DNA of 64,000 nt, taken from Cyanobacteria bacterium J06626_4. GTDB lineage: Bacteria > Cyanobacteriota > Cyanobacteriia > Phormidesmidales > Phormidesmidaceae. Below, piece by piece: positions 40,651-51,807 of this stretch; within the stretch, counting starts at the first letter, position 1, and the number at the start of each line of letters is the position of its first letter. The notes under the pieces are model-generated. The model was not told the origin of the DNA and made no database searches. It was given only the letters and a program-made list of their open reading frames with translations. The position numbers and the translations under genes were made by a program. The stretch lies in NCBI GenBank assembly GCA_038523235.1, contig JBCBJQ010000020.1:1-64000 (forward strand), read 5' to 3'.

Positions 40651-40793
40651 GTAAACATTGTTAAAGGCGATTCTCAGATAGCTTGCTAGACGCTGAGTTG
40701 CCCTGAATAATAAGTGACATAGGTTTGCGGGATGATAGGTTCCTTAAGCCTCAGCTTGATAATTCGCAATCATCGGCAGTTTGGAGAATTCAT

Positions 40794-41216
40794 ATGGGCC
40801 TGATAAAAACGATATTTGGTGGCATCTTTGGCCTGATCGGTGGCATCTTTGGCGGCATTGCTGGCATCTTTGGCATTGGCAAAAAAGGTGAATATTTTAT
40901 GGAGCTAGACGAAGCTAGTGCCCCTGCAACAGCTCCAGCACAACCCGCTGCAGAACCTGTTCCCGCCCCAACTGCGGTAGTAGCCTCGACAGCCTCTCAG
41001 GAGCCTGCGCCGAAAACCGTTGCGAAGCCAGCGGCTGAACCTGTCAAACCGACAGCAGTTACTCAGCCCCAAGCACCGCTGGTCACTAACTTTGCTACTG
41101 ACTATTTGGTCAATCCGAGAATCAATCGGTCGCCGCGTCGCCGCCCTGGCCCTAGCATGTCGCCATTCAAAGATATGGTTCGCGATATGAGTCGTAAGTC
41201 GCCCTCTATGGGCTGA
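40794..41216 (+). CDS. Hypothetical protein (GGIFG-repeat N-terminus, Pro/Ala-rich middle)
   Basis: GGAG RBS; ends RRRPGPSMSPFKDMVRDM. Confidence 0.75.
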   Translation: MGLIKTIFGGIFGLIGGIFGGIAGIFGIGKKGEYFMELDEASAPATAPAQPAAEPVPAPTAVVASTASQEPAPKTVAKPAAEPVKPTAVTQPQAPLVTNFATDYLVNPRINRSPRRRPGPSMSPFKDMVRDMSRKSPSMG

Positions 41217-41247
41217 TCGTTCAGCGTTATCACTGCATAATTCATGA

Positions 41248-41294
41248 ACAAACGGGCAAGTCTTGAGGTTATCGAGGCTTGCCCGTTTGTGTTT
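41248..41294 (+). terminator. Probable terminator
   Basis: ACAAACGGGCAAG...CTTGCCCGTTTGT long stem after the gene. Confidence 0.65.
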
Positions 41295-41696
41295 GATCAG
41301 ACTCGACGGCGCTGTGTGCCGGCATCTATTTTGCTCGTTTACCGGGCTGCTTCTTTGAGTAGAGGGAGGGCTTTCATGACGCTAGCAAAACGATTCTGCT
41401 TCCAACCACATTCTTTGATTTTGCGCCGCCAGCAGGTCGCGTTCCCGTCAAACAAGATGCTCCAAAATTGGGATGCAAATACTGGACTTGAAAACGTTTC
41501 ACAATTTGATTCAGCATCTGGTTGAACTATCTGACGATCGCCCGGCAGAAGCGCTCGCGCAACCTGGCATCGCCGCATCTATCCGGTTATCTATCAAGGA
41601 CATTTCTTGAAAAATTTAAGCTCCGGCCACTTGATTTAAGCGTTATCCTGTTGATCTTGAGATAATTGTTCTTTTGATACCAATTTGGGTTGATCT

Positions 41697-42269
41697 ATGC
41701 GGAGGAAACGGCGATCTCGATGGCATTGGCGCATCGGACTAATGCTGTTGTTGGTGCCTTTATCTTGGTTGGGACAAAGCCAAGTAAAAGCCAAGCTGAG
41801 AGAACCCCAAGCAATTCTTGTGCTAGGCGGCGCGCCAGAACGGGAGCACTTTGCCGCAGAGTTTGCCAGTGCGCATCCTGACTTAGAGGTATGGGTTTCT
41901 TCCGGCACCAACCCTGAGTACGCGCAATGGCTGTTTCAAGAGGCGGATGTGGCCTCTGATCGGGTTCGTCTCGACTATCGTGCTGTAGATACCGTCACTA
42001 ACTTCACCACCATTGTTGAAGATCTGAAGCAATCAGGTGTTGAAAGTGTCTATCTAGTCACCTCTGACTATCACATGCGACGAGCGGCCATCATCGCCCA
42101 GGTCGTATTAGGCCGCCATGATATTACCTTTCAACCGTTGCCTGTGCCCTCTGATGATAACGCCTCAGAACCGCTGGTGCGCGGACTGCGAGACGGCGCG
42201 AGGGCGATGCTATGGGTCTTTACCGGGCAAACGGGCTCAGTCCTCGGGCAAAAACTGAGTAAGTCTTGA
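41697..42269 (+). CDS. YdcF/DUF218 family protein
   Basis: ILVLGG, AVDTVTNF and LVTSDYHMRRA. Confidence 0.88.
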   Translation: MRRKRRSRWHWRIGLMLLLVPLSWLGQSQVKAKLREPQAILVLGGAPEREHFAAEFASAHPDLEVWVSSGTNPEYAQWLFQEADVASDRVRLDYRAVDTVTNFTTIVEDLKQSGVESVYLVTSDYHMRRAAIIAQVVLGRHDITFQPLPVPSDDNASEPLVRGLRDGARAMLWVFTGQTGSVLGQKLSKS

Positions 42270-42396
42270 GGCTGCCCTAGCGTAATTGCCGAACAATCAT
42301 GATTCACTTCGCCGGTTTTTCCTCCCCCTTGACAGGGAAAGCTACAATTAGTTCGCATTTCAGCGTTGCTGTTGCTGTCTAGCCTGATATTCTCCT

Positions 42397-43074
42397 ATGC
42401 CATCCACTATTCATTCTCCGTATACGCCTGAGCAAATCAGGGTTTGGTTTCGAGGTTTACTCACTATTGCTTGGGCTGATGGACACTTCGATGAAGAAGA
42501 AAAAAGCCTGATTACGGCGATGACGCAAGAGGAATTGGCCCCTAACATTGGGTTCTTTGATGCGCTAGAGCCGATCTCGCCGACGGAACTGGCAGAAACT
42601 TTAGGGCAACAAACCGAAGCCGCTGAGAACTTCTTGCGGACGGCAGTCATGGTCGCGCTGGCTGATGGTGTTTATTCCACTGAAGAAGATCACCTGCTTC
42701 ATAGTTTTTGTACTGCGGTGGGTTTAGAAGCTCAGCTCTTGGATTCCGTGCGATCGACGTTGTACAACGCTCAGGATTCAGCTACGGGCGAACTTAATCG
42801 GGGCGATGAGCCCGGGCTAGAACCTTTGAAACCCGCTAAAGAGTGGCTGGACCAGTTGCAGGTCAACGATCCCCGACTCGCCCGGTTTATCTGTAAGCTG
42901 GTGCCATCGCAGTGTCCTTTTGAACGTGATGTGAAGCTGTTCAAGCGTAAGATTGTCCACATTCCACCTATGTGCAAGTTGAATCCACTTTACGAACAGC
43001 TGGTGGGGCTGCGGTTTCGAGCCTTGTCTTATCTTGCTGACGATTGCGGTGAAGATGTGACGCCTTATGTTTGA
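42397..43074 (+). CDS. TerB-like plus Mo-dependent nitrogenase C-terminal domain protein
   Basis: IAWADG/VALADG TerB motifs; CPFERD...IPPMCKLNPLYEQLVGLRFRAL. Confidence 0.85.
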   Translation: MPSTIHSPYTPEQIRVWFRGLLTIAWADGHFDEEEKSLITAMTQEELAPNIGFFDALEPISPTELAETLGQQTEAAENFLRTAVMVALADGVYSTEEDHLLHSFCTAVGLEAQLLDSVRSTLYNAQDSATGELNRGDEPGLEPLKPAKEWLDQLQVNDPRLARFICKLVPSQCPFERDVKLFKRKIVHIPPMCKLNPLYEQLVGLRFRALSYLADDCGEDVTPYV

Positions 43075-43403
43075 GGCTTCATGGGTGGGCTCGATAGATT
43101 GTTGCCATCTATGACTGTCGCTTCCTTTAAGCATGAAGCGTCCCCCTGTCTATAAATTCTGGAGGGGTTAATTGCAGCGATCACCAGGCTACTGTGGATC
43201 AGCCTGCTATGGCACCGCATAGCAATGCTCGTGCCAAATGAACCAGGCTTAGGCGATCCTAGCGGCGGCTGAATTCCTTGCTGAACTGCCTGGTGGCGCT
43301 AAAGGTGACGCTGAGTTCTTGGGCAAGGGTCAGCAACTATGGGTGGGCGATCGCAGTCTGCTTCGTCAGCATCAACGGACTACGGGCACGCAACACAGAC
43401 ACG

Positions 43404-43432
43404 AAAAAGCCGGGGTCATGCCCCGGCTTTTT
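43404..43432. terminator. Bidirectional intrinsic terminator after sbtB
   Basis: AAAAAGCCGGGG-TCATG-CCCCGGCTTTTT. Confidence 0.85.
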
Positions 43433-43451
43433 GGATTTGCATCGTCTCGAC

Positions 43452-43829
<378 letters not shown>

Positions 43830-43922
43830 TTAGGGAACGGCAACACCGAGCAATCGTGCACGGGGCTAGCTGCCGCGTTGGTGCCGGTTCATGAGAGTCC
43901 CGGCAGACCATAAGTCTTAGGA

Positions 43923-45098
43923 TTAGCCCCCTCCCATCGTTGCCTGAGCAAGCTGAATAAAGAGCGGGATGCATACAGCCAGAGCGATCGGGGTGCCGAC
44001 AGCTGTGGACGAGCCGATGTAGGCGGAGGGATTGGCCTTGGGAATACCGGCGCGCAACGTTGGTGGCCCGGAGATGTCGGAACTGGAAGCAGCGATGACA
44101 GACAAAAGAACGACGCCGCCAGGGCTGAAATCAGTGATGATGTGGGCAACATAACCAAGACCGAAGCCAATGAACCCATGCAGTATCGGTGCTATCACAG
44201 CATAGAGGGCATACCACTGACCCACTTTGCGCAATTCGCCCAGCCTGGACCAAGCTTCCATACCCATGACCAGCATCAGAACCGAGAGCAGACCACGGAA
44301 TGGAGGATCGTAGAAGCCCTCATAGACCCGCGTAGGATCAGTCAGAATACCGAGCGCGAGACCAAGCAGCAGAGCCGAGAGGGCAGATCCCTGGAGGCTT
44401 TCCTTAATGATGGGCCAGATCTTAACCCGATTGCTGGGGGCACCCCCTAACGGACTGGAAGACCCGCCACCGGTTCCGCCCGATTCGCCAGGATATCCAT
44501 CTGCCGCACCGCGCGGGTCAACGTTGGAGTATCCACCAGCGGCAACGGGCTGCATGCCGCTATATTCTTCCTTCCTAAGATATTCTTCGTTTTTGAGATA
44601 CTTTTCGCGCTTCTCTTTGCCGGCATAAAGGCTCGCTAAGACGATTGCGGTCACCAGCGCTGGGATATCCATAAAGGGATAGAGGGCGGCGGACCAAGCC
44701 TCGAACTCAATCCCTTCTACATCCAGCAGCGTGATGCCAGCGGCGAGAGTCGAGCCGCTCACAGCACCAAACAAGCCGCCGGTCGCAATGGCATCGAAGG
44801 TTTTGACACCGGGCATCTGGGCCAATGTAAAACGCGCGATGAATACGACCGAGATGCCAATGATCATGGCGAATAGGGCGGGCAACAGCATCTCCGCCAG
44901 ATTGGCATTGCGGATAGCAACGCCGCCGCTCAGACCAACTTTGATGAGCAGCATGAAGACGATGAACTTATAGACCGCATCGGGAATAGTCAGTTTGCTA
45001 CCGAGAGCAGCAACAATCATGCCTCCTAGCAGAAAGCCCAGCGTCGGGGACTGCAACTTCCCCACAAAGAGCGTCAGAAATTCGGACAAGAAATCCAC
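43923..45098 (-). CDS. sbtA: Na+-dependent bicarbonate transporter SbtA
   Basis: LQSPTLGFL, FGAVSGST and SSSDISGPPT; GTG start after AGGAGG. Confidence 0.95.
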   Translation of the reverse strand: MDFLSEFLTLFVGKLQSPTLGFLLGGMIVAALGSKLTIPDAVYKFIVFMLLIKVGLSGGVAIRNANLAEMLLPALFAMIIGISVVFIARFTLAQMPGVKTFDAIATGGLFGAVSGSTLAAGITLLDVEGIEFEAWSAALYPFMDIPALVTAIVLASLYAGKEKREKYLKNEEYLRKEEYSGMQPVAAGGYSNVDPRGAADGYPGESGGTGGGSSSPLGGAPSNRVKIWPIIKESLQGSALSALLLGLALGILTDPTRVYEGFYDPPFRGLLSVLMLVMGMEAWSRLGELRKVGQWYALYAVIAPILHGFIGFGLGYVAHIITDFSPGGVVLLSVIAASSSDISGPPTLRAGIPKANPSAYIGSSTAVGTPIALAVCIPLFIQLAQATMGGG

Positions 45099-45289
45099 AG
45101 TTACCTCCTTTCGCCTCCCCATTGGCTGAGGAGTGATAGTTTCAACAAGTTAAAGGCTGGATGTCGAAGAAAATAGGGGTGAAGCGCTTCACCCCTACAG
45201 CACAGGTGTTGCGCGAAAACCTGTCGACAGGGTGTCCAGAGATGGCCGTTCTCTGAACGAGGGAGAAGGCGAGCGCAATGCGTCTCAGC

Positions 45290-45313
45290 CTTCATAGATT
45301 AAAGTCAATGAAG
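45290..45313. promoter_or_regulatory. Candidate LysR-type (NdhR/CcmR or CmpR) operator upstream of sbtA
   Basis: CTTCATAG-ATTAAAGT-CAATGAAG dyad, close to ATAG-N8-CTAT. Confidence 0.5.
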
Positions 45314-45553
45314 AATTAATTCCTCATGTGTTTAAATCTATCATCAAACTCATGGATTCAAACGCTGAGCAGGCGAATCTGGAATGAAATCTTAAATTTC
45401 ACTCATAAGTTTTGCTTTTGTTTCGAGGCACAAGCATTCCTCTGTTTAATGAAAACAGAACGATAGAGGTCTGCTGCAATTGCTCAACAACTGCTCAACT
45501 ATCTATAGCGCCGGCCACTTTTTAGAGAACACCTGGGAGCTCTGTGATCCTCA

Positions 45554-46106
45554 GTGCAGCAGTCCACTCTGCTAGAACTGCTCACGCCTTTGCTTTTTCA
45601 AATTCAATGGTTGGCATCGCCAGTTGGGATGTTCTTGCTGTTGCCAAGACGATTGCTCATTCTGGCGTTCTGTCGCAACATCATCACCGATTGCGGTTCG
45701 CTGGCCCTGTTTAACCATGAGATGACTGATTTGTTGCCGTTATCGACCCTCGTCAACCTGGCGACTCTGTCTCTCTTCGGTAACCAAGTTGCAGATCTGC
45801 AGCCGCTGGCCAAGTGAATACAGTTGCATCGCCGAGATCTCTGGAGTAATTGGAGCAGCAACTTGGCCCCTGGCAGCACTCATTGAGTTGCGATCGCTGT
45901 CCTGGGGTAGTCATCTACTCGCAGAGCTCCCCATGCTGGCCGCTTTAACTGAACTAAAAGAGCTGCGGGTGTTTAAGGTCTCATCCCTGCTGCACATACA
46001 CCAATCAACCTGGCTTGACCTGTATCCTGCACAACCCAGCAGTCGCTCAAGTGACCGTGTTGACTTCGCTAAACCGATTGATGTAGCTAAATTTACGCGC
46101 AGCTAA
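45554..46106 (+). pseudogene. Degraded internalin-like LRR gene
   Basis: LRR fragments (PLSTLVNLATLSLFGNQVADLQPL; LAALTELKELRV) split over two frames with stops. Confidence 0.65.
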
Positions 46107-46236
46107 CCGACGCGATGCTCTCAAGGAGAGGCACCGCCAACGCACCGGTTAGATCGCCGGCAAGGGTCTGCCTGTTCGCATCGAAGGGCTTCCCATAGCT
46201 GCCAGCCATTAGAACTAGCCGGATTTTGTGAGGCGA

Positions 46237-46479
46237 TTAGTCAATTTGGATCTGAGGGATTTCGGTCGGCGGCACGGGCTCTATCGGCTCACTGTAGCGG
46301 GCGATGTTAAACCAGATAATCGCTAGCAAAATACCCACGCCACAGCCCAGCAAAAAGATCCAGCCGTGAGACGGTTCGAGCACACAGAGTAGCCGACGAT
46401 TCTGACCATACACCTGCACGAGCCAGCCTTCATCAGCCTCGGAGATGGACTGAGATTTCTTTGACTCAAATTTATTCAT
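46237..46479 (-). CDS. Small single-TM hypothetical protein
   Basis: WLVQVYG.NRRLLCVLEPSHGW then a TM; ATG at 46479. Confidence 0.65.
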   Translation of the reverse strand: MNKFESKKSQSISEADEGWLVQVYGQNRRLLCVLEPSHGWIFLLGCGVGILLAIIWFNIARYSEPIEPVPPTEIPQIQID

Positions 46480-46872
46480 GGTTTTCGCTTCATGGGTAGC
46501 AATGGTTGTCTTTTGCTGGGCTGACCGCTGGGAGTCAGCGACGGAAACACCTATTCGTTCACCTGTGAACAGAAAAAGCACAGCTTTATTGTCGTGACAG
46601 CCGTGGCGATTCCATTGATTCCTAGACTAGACTCTATGTCTCTTCGAGGAACCATATCTTTTAGTTTATGCTGCGATTTCAGTAATCAACCACCCACTGC
46701 AGCCAAAGATATCCACAGATTTTTAGAATGGCGACATAGTTTTTACTTATGAATAGCAGCTAAAGACGGGCTGTTCTACTATCTGTGAGGCGGGCATTGC
46801 CCCGTTCTGGGCCTGTGGAGGACTTCCCTGTGCCTTCTGAAACCACTACAGCTGACGTTGAAGGAATCCTCT

Positions 46873-48711
46873 ATGTCCCCTGAAACCATCATGGCTGACG
46901 TACTCGTTGTGGGGGGCGGTACCGGAGGCACAGCCGCCGCCATTCAGGCGGCACGGCGCGGCGCGCAGACAGTGCTAGTAAGCGAGTTGCCGTGGTTAGG
47001 GGGCATGTTGACGGCAGCCGGGGTGGCAGCACCCGATGGTAATGAATTGCGAGCTTGGCAAACCGGCTTGTGGGGAGCGTTTTTGCGCGCCTTGCAGCAA
47101 CGACAGCCTGGCGGTTTAGATCATGCTTGGGTGAGCTTTTTTACCTATGAACCCAAAGTCGGTGCGGCGATCTTTGCCGACTGGGTCAACGCTTTACCCA
47201 ATTTAAGGTGGATTGTCGGCCCGTTACCCAAAGCGCTGATGCGTCAGGGCGATCGCGTGCAGGGGGTGCGATTCGACGATCTCACCGTCTACGCCAAAAT
47301 CACTGTAGATGGCACCGAATTGGGTGATTTGCTCGCCTTGGGTGAGGTTCCTCACCGCTGGGGTTGGGAAGATCAGAGTCAGTTCTCAGAGCCCAGTGCG
47401 CCCCAATCGTTAACCGATCCACATGATCCGCTCCATGCGATTGTTCAGGCCTATCCCGTGCAGTCGCCGACGTGGGTGGTGCTGATGCAGGATTATGGTG
47501 CGGCCCCAGGGGCACCGGCCATTATGCCGACGGCTGACTACGACCCGAGTCAGTTTCAAACCGCGTGGCAAGGCTATGGCCCCGACCGATTTTTGACCTA
47601 TGGTCAGCTGCCGCTGCGGCAGTTCATGCTCAATTGGCCGCAGCAGGGCAACGACTATGGGGTGGGGCTACAGCGTCTGGTGGGCAACCCCGCAGAGCAG
47701 CGCGCCTGGGCTAAAGCAGCGATCGCCCACAGTCAAAATTTTGCCCATTTCATTCAATCAGCGTTGGGGCGGCGATATGGGCTGGCAACTGCAGCCTTTC
47801 CGCAAATCCCTGGTCAGTTGGGGGGCGGCGCTTTTGCTCTCATGCCCTATTACCGCGAGAGTCGGCGGTTGATCGGGCTGACCACGGTGACCGAGCGCGA
47901 TATTTTGCCCCTGCCCGGTGAGCGAGCGGCGGCCTTGCCAGTGAACGCCAGCGGGCAGATGAGTGCGATCGCCATCGGCAACTATCCCAACGATCATCAC
48001 TATCCCGGTTTTGACCTGCCCTTAGTCCCGAAGGCCGAACGCTGGGGCGGTCGTTGGACGGGAACGCCGTTCACTATTGCCTACGAAGCCTTGGTACCCG
48101 CGGCGATCGAGGGCCTGCTCGCCTGCGATAAAAATATTTCGGTGTCTCACCTGGCTAACGGCGCGACCCGCCTGCAGCCTGTGGTGTTGGGGATTGGTCA
48201 AGCTGCCGGGATGGCCGCGGCGCTTTGTGTTGAACAGGGATGTGAACCGCGTGAGTTAGCGGTGGAGGTACTGCAATCGGCCTTGCTCAATGAGCCCACC
48301 GCGCCCGCTGCCGTCGTGCCATTAGTGGATAATTTACCCGCTAATCCGGATTGGCGATCGCGGCAACTGTATTACCAAAATCATCCAGAAGATTCTTTTC
48401 AAACCACTTCTGTCAGCCTTTCATTCCCGCAGTTTTTGAGCAGATCTACGGAAGCGATCCCGAAACTTTATGAGTTTGAAGGAACCTTAAAGATCAGCGC
48501 AACTGGCAGAAGTTGGCAAGCAAAACTACAGTTGTCCGACAATCAGTTGTTGGATGTGGTGACGCTTGATCCCTCTGTCCATCAGGTGATCAGCCAATTC
48601 AAAACCTCACAATTAATCGCGCTCCAGGGTTATCCCAACTGGTCTGCAGGCTGGCTTCAAGTAATAGCAATAAAAGCCCATTCGCTAGATTCAGAAATAT
48701 TACGCAGATAA
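46873..48711 (+). CDS. FAD-dependent oxidoreductase (PF12831-like)
   Basis: DVLVVGGGTGG, LGGMLT, DGTELGD, PYYRESRR and NGATRLQP. Confidence 0.88.
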   Translation: MSPETIMADVLVVGGGTGGTAAAIQAARRGAQTVLVSELPWLGGMLTAAGVAAPDGNELRAWQTGLWGAFLRALQQRQPGGLDHAWVSFFTYEPKVGAAIFADWVNALPNLRWIVGPLPKALMRQGDRVQGVRFDDLTVYAKITVDGTELGDLLALGEVPHRWGWEDQSQFSEPSAPQSLTDPHDPLHAIVQAYPVQSPTWVVLMQDYGAAPGAPAIMPTADYDPSQFQTAWQGYGPDRFLTYGQLPLRQFMLNWPQQGNDYGVGLQRLVGNPAEQRAWAKAAIAHSQNFAHFIQSALGRRYGLATAAFPQIPGQLGGGAFALMPYYRESRRLIGLTTVTERDILPLPGERAAALPVNASGQMSAIAIGNYPNDHHYPGFDLPLVPKAERWGGRWTGTPFTIAYEALVPAAIEGLLACDKNISVSHLANGATRLQPVVLGIGQAAGMAAALCVEQGCEPRELAVEVLQSALLNEPTAPAAVVPLVDNLPANPDWRSRQLYYQNHPEDSFQTTSVSLSFPQFLSRSTEAIPKLYEFEGTLKISATGRSWQAKLQLSDNQLLDVVTLDPSVHQVISQFKTSQLIALQGYPNWSAGWLQVIAIKAHSLDSEILRR

Positions 48712-48777
48712 ACTTTCCTGAGGAACAATCGACCTCTCTGAAACAAGAGATAGAACCACACAGAGGGGTCGTCAAAC

Positions 48778-49131
48778 ATGTTTTGTCTACAAAATATCAC
48801 TCGATACTTTTTGGCCGCAGCCGCCCTAGGCTGCTTGAGCACCAGCGCTATTGCTCCTCAAGGAACGTTGTATCTCGCTGAGGCGAGCGATTGCGACGAG
48901 ACCAGTCACCGGGGCAGCGGGCGCATTGTGACGCAAGGACCGGAGGCGATGACTGCTTTAGAAGGCATCGCCTATCGCGGCACTGGACGGTTAGAGCAGC
49001 AGAACGAACTGAAAGTCAGTCATCGCGGGAGCGGTCGCATCGACAACCAGAGCCCCGATACCCGAGCGGTTGCCTATCGGGGCTCTGGCCGGGTATCGCC
49101 TCGCGGTCTCAGCCGCCTCGAGTTTGTCTAG
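48778..49131 (+). CDS. patX: PatX-like secreted RGSGR peptide precursor with four motifs
   Basis: Hydrophobic signal peptide; HRGSGR, YRGTGR, HRGSGR, YRGSGR; directly upstream of hetR. Confidence 0.85.
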   Translation: MFCLQNITRYFLAAAALGCLSTSAIAPQGTLYLAEASDCDETSHRGSGRIVTQGPEAMTALEGIAYRGTGRLEQQNELKVSHRGSGRIDNQSPDTRAVAYRGSGRVSPRGLSRLEFV

Positions 49132-49479
49132 CTGCGTCCGCTGGCTGCATCCGGCTCCCTAGAGTCCAGCGGCCAAGACTGTGATGCCGATGTTTGTCGG
49201 ATATTGCTGAAATGATGTGTTGGGTGCGATTCACTATCGCGCTTTGGGATTAGGAGAACGCCAGTCTCAGTGGCTCAAGACAACGGCTTTTGACGTCTTT
49301 AGGCATCAGAGAGCATCCCCCACTTCCCAAAGTCGCCAAAAACCCCCAAGGGTAGTAGCATCATTAGCGATTCCGCAAATAGGCTTCCCGATTTTTCGAC
49401 ACTTTGAGGTCATACAGTCCCTGTGGCTCTGTGATCGCTGGGTAGAACAACTGGCTGGTTTCAGCCGTTCTGTCTTTAA

Positions 49480-50496
<1,017 letters not shown>

Positions 50497-50837
50497 CCCT
50501 GACGCCCATCGCCTGGACTGTTTTAAGCCATCGCTCATAAGGCGATCGCGCCATTCCCAACAATGCCAACCGTCAGGTGTCATTCGCGCCGCGATGCACC
50601 GCATTCAGCATGTTTTCAGAGCAGCCTCATCGCCTGCGGTACTTCTCCTGGTTGAGGATGAGGTTGAAGATCAGACTAATTGCCTGCCCTCAGCTCTCTG
50701 GACAGGTTTTGGCCAAGATCAGGAAGGCTGGGGAAGCGTTGCTTGTCAGCACTCACCGCTGAGGTATGCCAAATGCTAGTGCAAAATTGAGGCAAAAAGT
50801 TACCCTGGCGAAGAGCACTCGGAGGGAAACAGCCGCC

Positions 50838-51656
50838 ATGATCATTGCGCAAATATCAGATCTGCATGTACAGCCAGCAGGTCAACGGGCCTACGGCATT
50901 GTCGATACTAATCGTTTATTGGCAGCCGCGATCGCCCAGCTCAATCGTCTGCAGCCGCAGCCTGATCTGGTGGTGGCGAGCGGTGATTTAGTCGATGAGC
51001 GCACCGCAGCTGAGTATGAAATGTTGAAATCGCTGCTGGCTCCGCTGCGCGCCCCGCTGTATTTAGCGATGGGCAACCACGACAATCGCACCGCCTTTCG
51101 CGCTGTGTTTCCCGACTTGCCGTACCTGCCGCCGACTGGCTTTGTGCACTATGTGCTGGAAGAGTATCCGGTGCGCATTATGGTGCTCGACACGCTAGTC
51201 GATGGCGAAGGCTACGGCGATATGGATGCCGAACGGCTGGCCTGGCTGCAAACTCAACTGGCCGTTCACCCCCAAAAGCCAACCATCATTTTTATGCACC
51301 ATCCCCCCTTTGCCACCGGCCTAATGGGGATGGATCAGTCCCGCTGCCGGGGCAACGAAGCCCTAGCTAACCTGATCGCGCAGTACCCCAACGTGCAGCG
51401 GGTGGCCTGTGGTCACCTGCACCGCTCGATTCAAACGATGTGGGCCGGCACCGTGGGCAGTGTGGCGCCCAGCGTCGCCCATCAAGTTGCCCTCAAGCTG
51501 AGCGAAGCCCAACCCCCCGCCCTAGTGATGGAGCCGCCTGCCTTTCACCTACATCTGTGGGATGACGCTACGGGACTGGTTACCCATACGGCTTTTATCG
51601 GTGAGTTTGCCGCCTATTCTTGTCAGACGAAAGCGGCGATCGCGCTCTACGCTTAA
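50838..51656 (+). CDS. CpdA/GpdQ-like metallophosphodiesterase
   Basis: SDLH, GDL, GNHD, MHHPP and GHLH motifs. Confidence 0.9.
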   Translation: MIIAQISDLHVQPAGQRAYGIVDTNRLLAAAIAQLNRLQPQPDLVVASGDLVDERTAAEYEMLKSLLAPLRAPLYLAMGNHDNRTAFRAVFPDLPYLPPTGFVHYVLEEYPVRIMVLDTLVDGEGYGDMDAERLAWLQTQLAVHPQKPTIIFMHHPPFATGLMGMDQSRCRGNEALANLIAQYPNVQRVACGHLHRSIQTMWAGTVGSVAPSVAHQVALKLSEAQPPALVMEPPAFHLHLWDDATGLVTHTAFIGEFAAYSCQTKAAIALYA

Positions 51657-51807
51657 ATCAAATGTGGCAGGCAGACTGCGACAGGTGGCAGTAGACAGGC
51701 CCAACTCAGAACATTCCCTAGCCTCTGCTGGCCAGCGATCCAGCCCGCTGAGACCGACTAAGGGCTGCAGCCTCTACAATTGATTCCACAGGTTTTTGAG
51801 CGGGCCT

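Noticed and set aside
42397..43074. Nitrogenase or diazotrophy evidence from the Mo-dependent nitrogenase C-terminal domain
   Set aside because: The domain name is misleading; it is widespread in non-fixing cyanobacteria and no nif genes are in the window
44400..44630. Gly-rich insertion in SbtA as a novelty
   Set aside because: A variable central loop is a known feature of cyanobacterial SbtA
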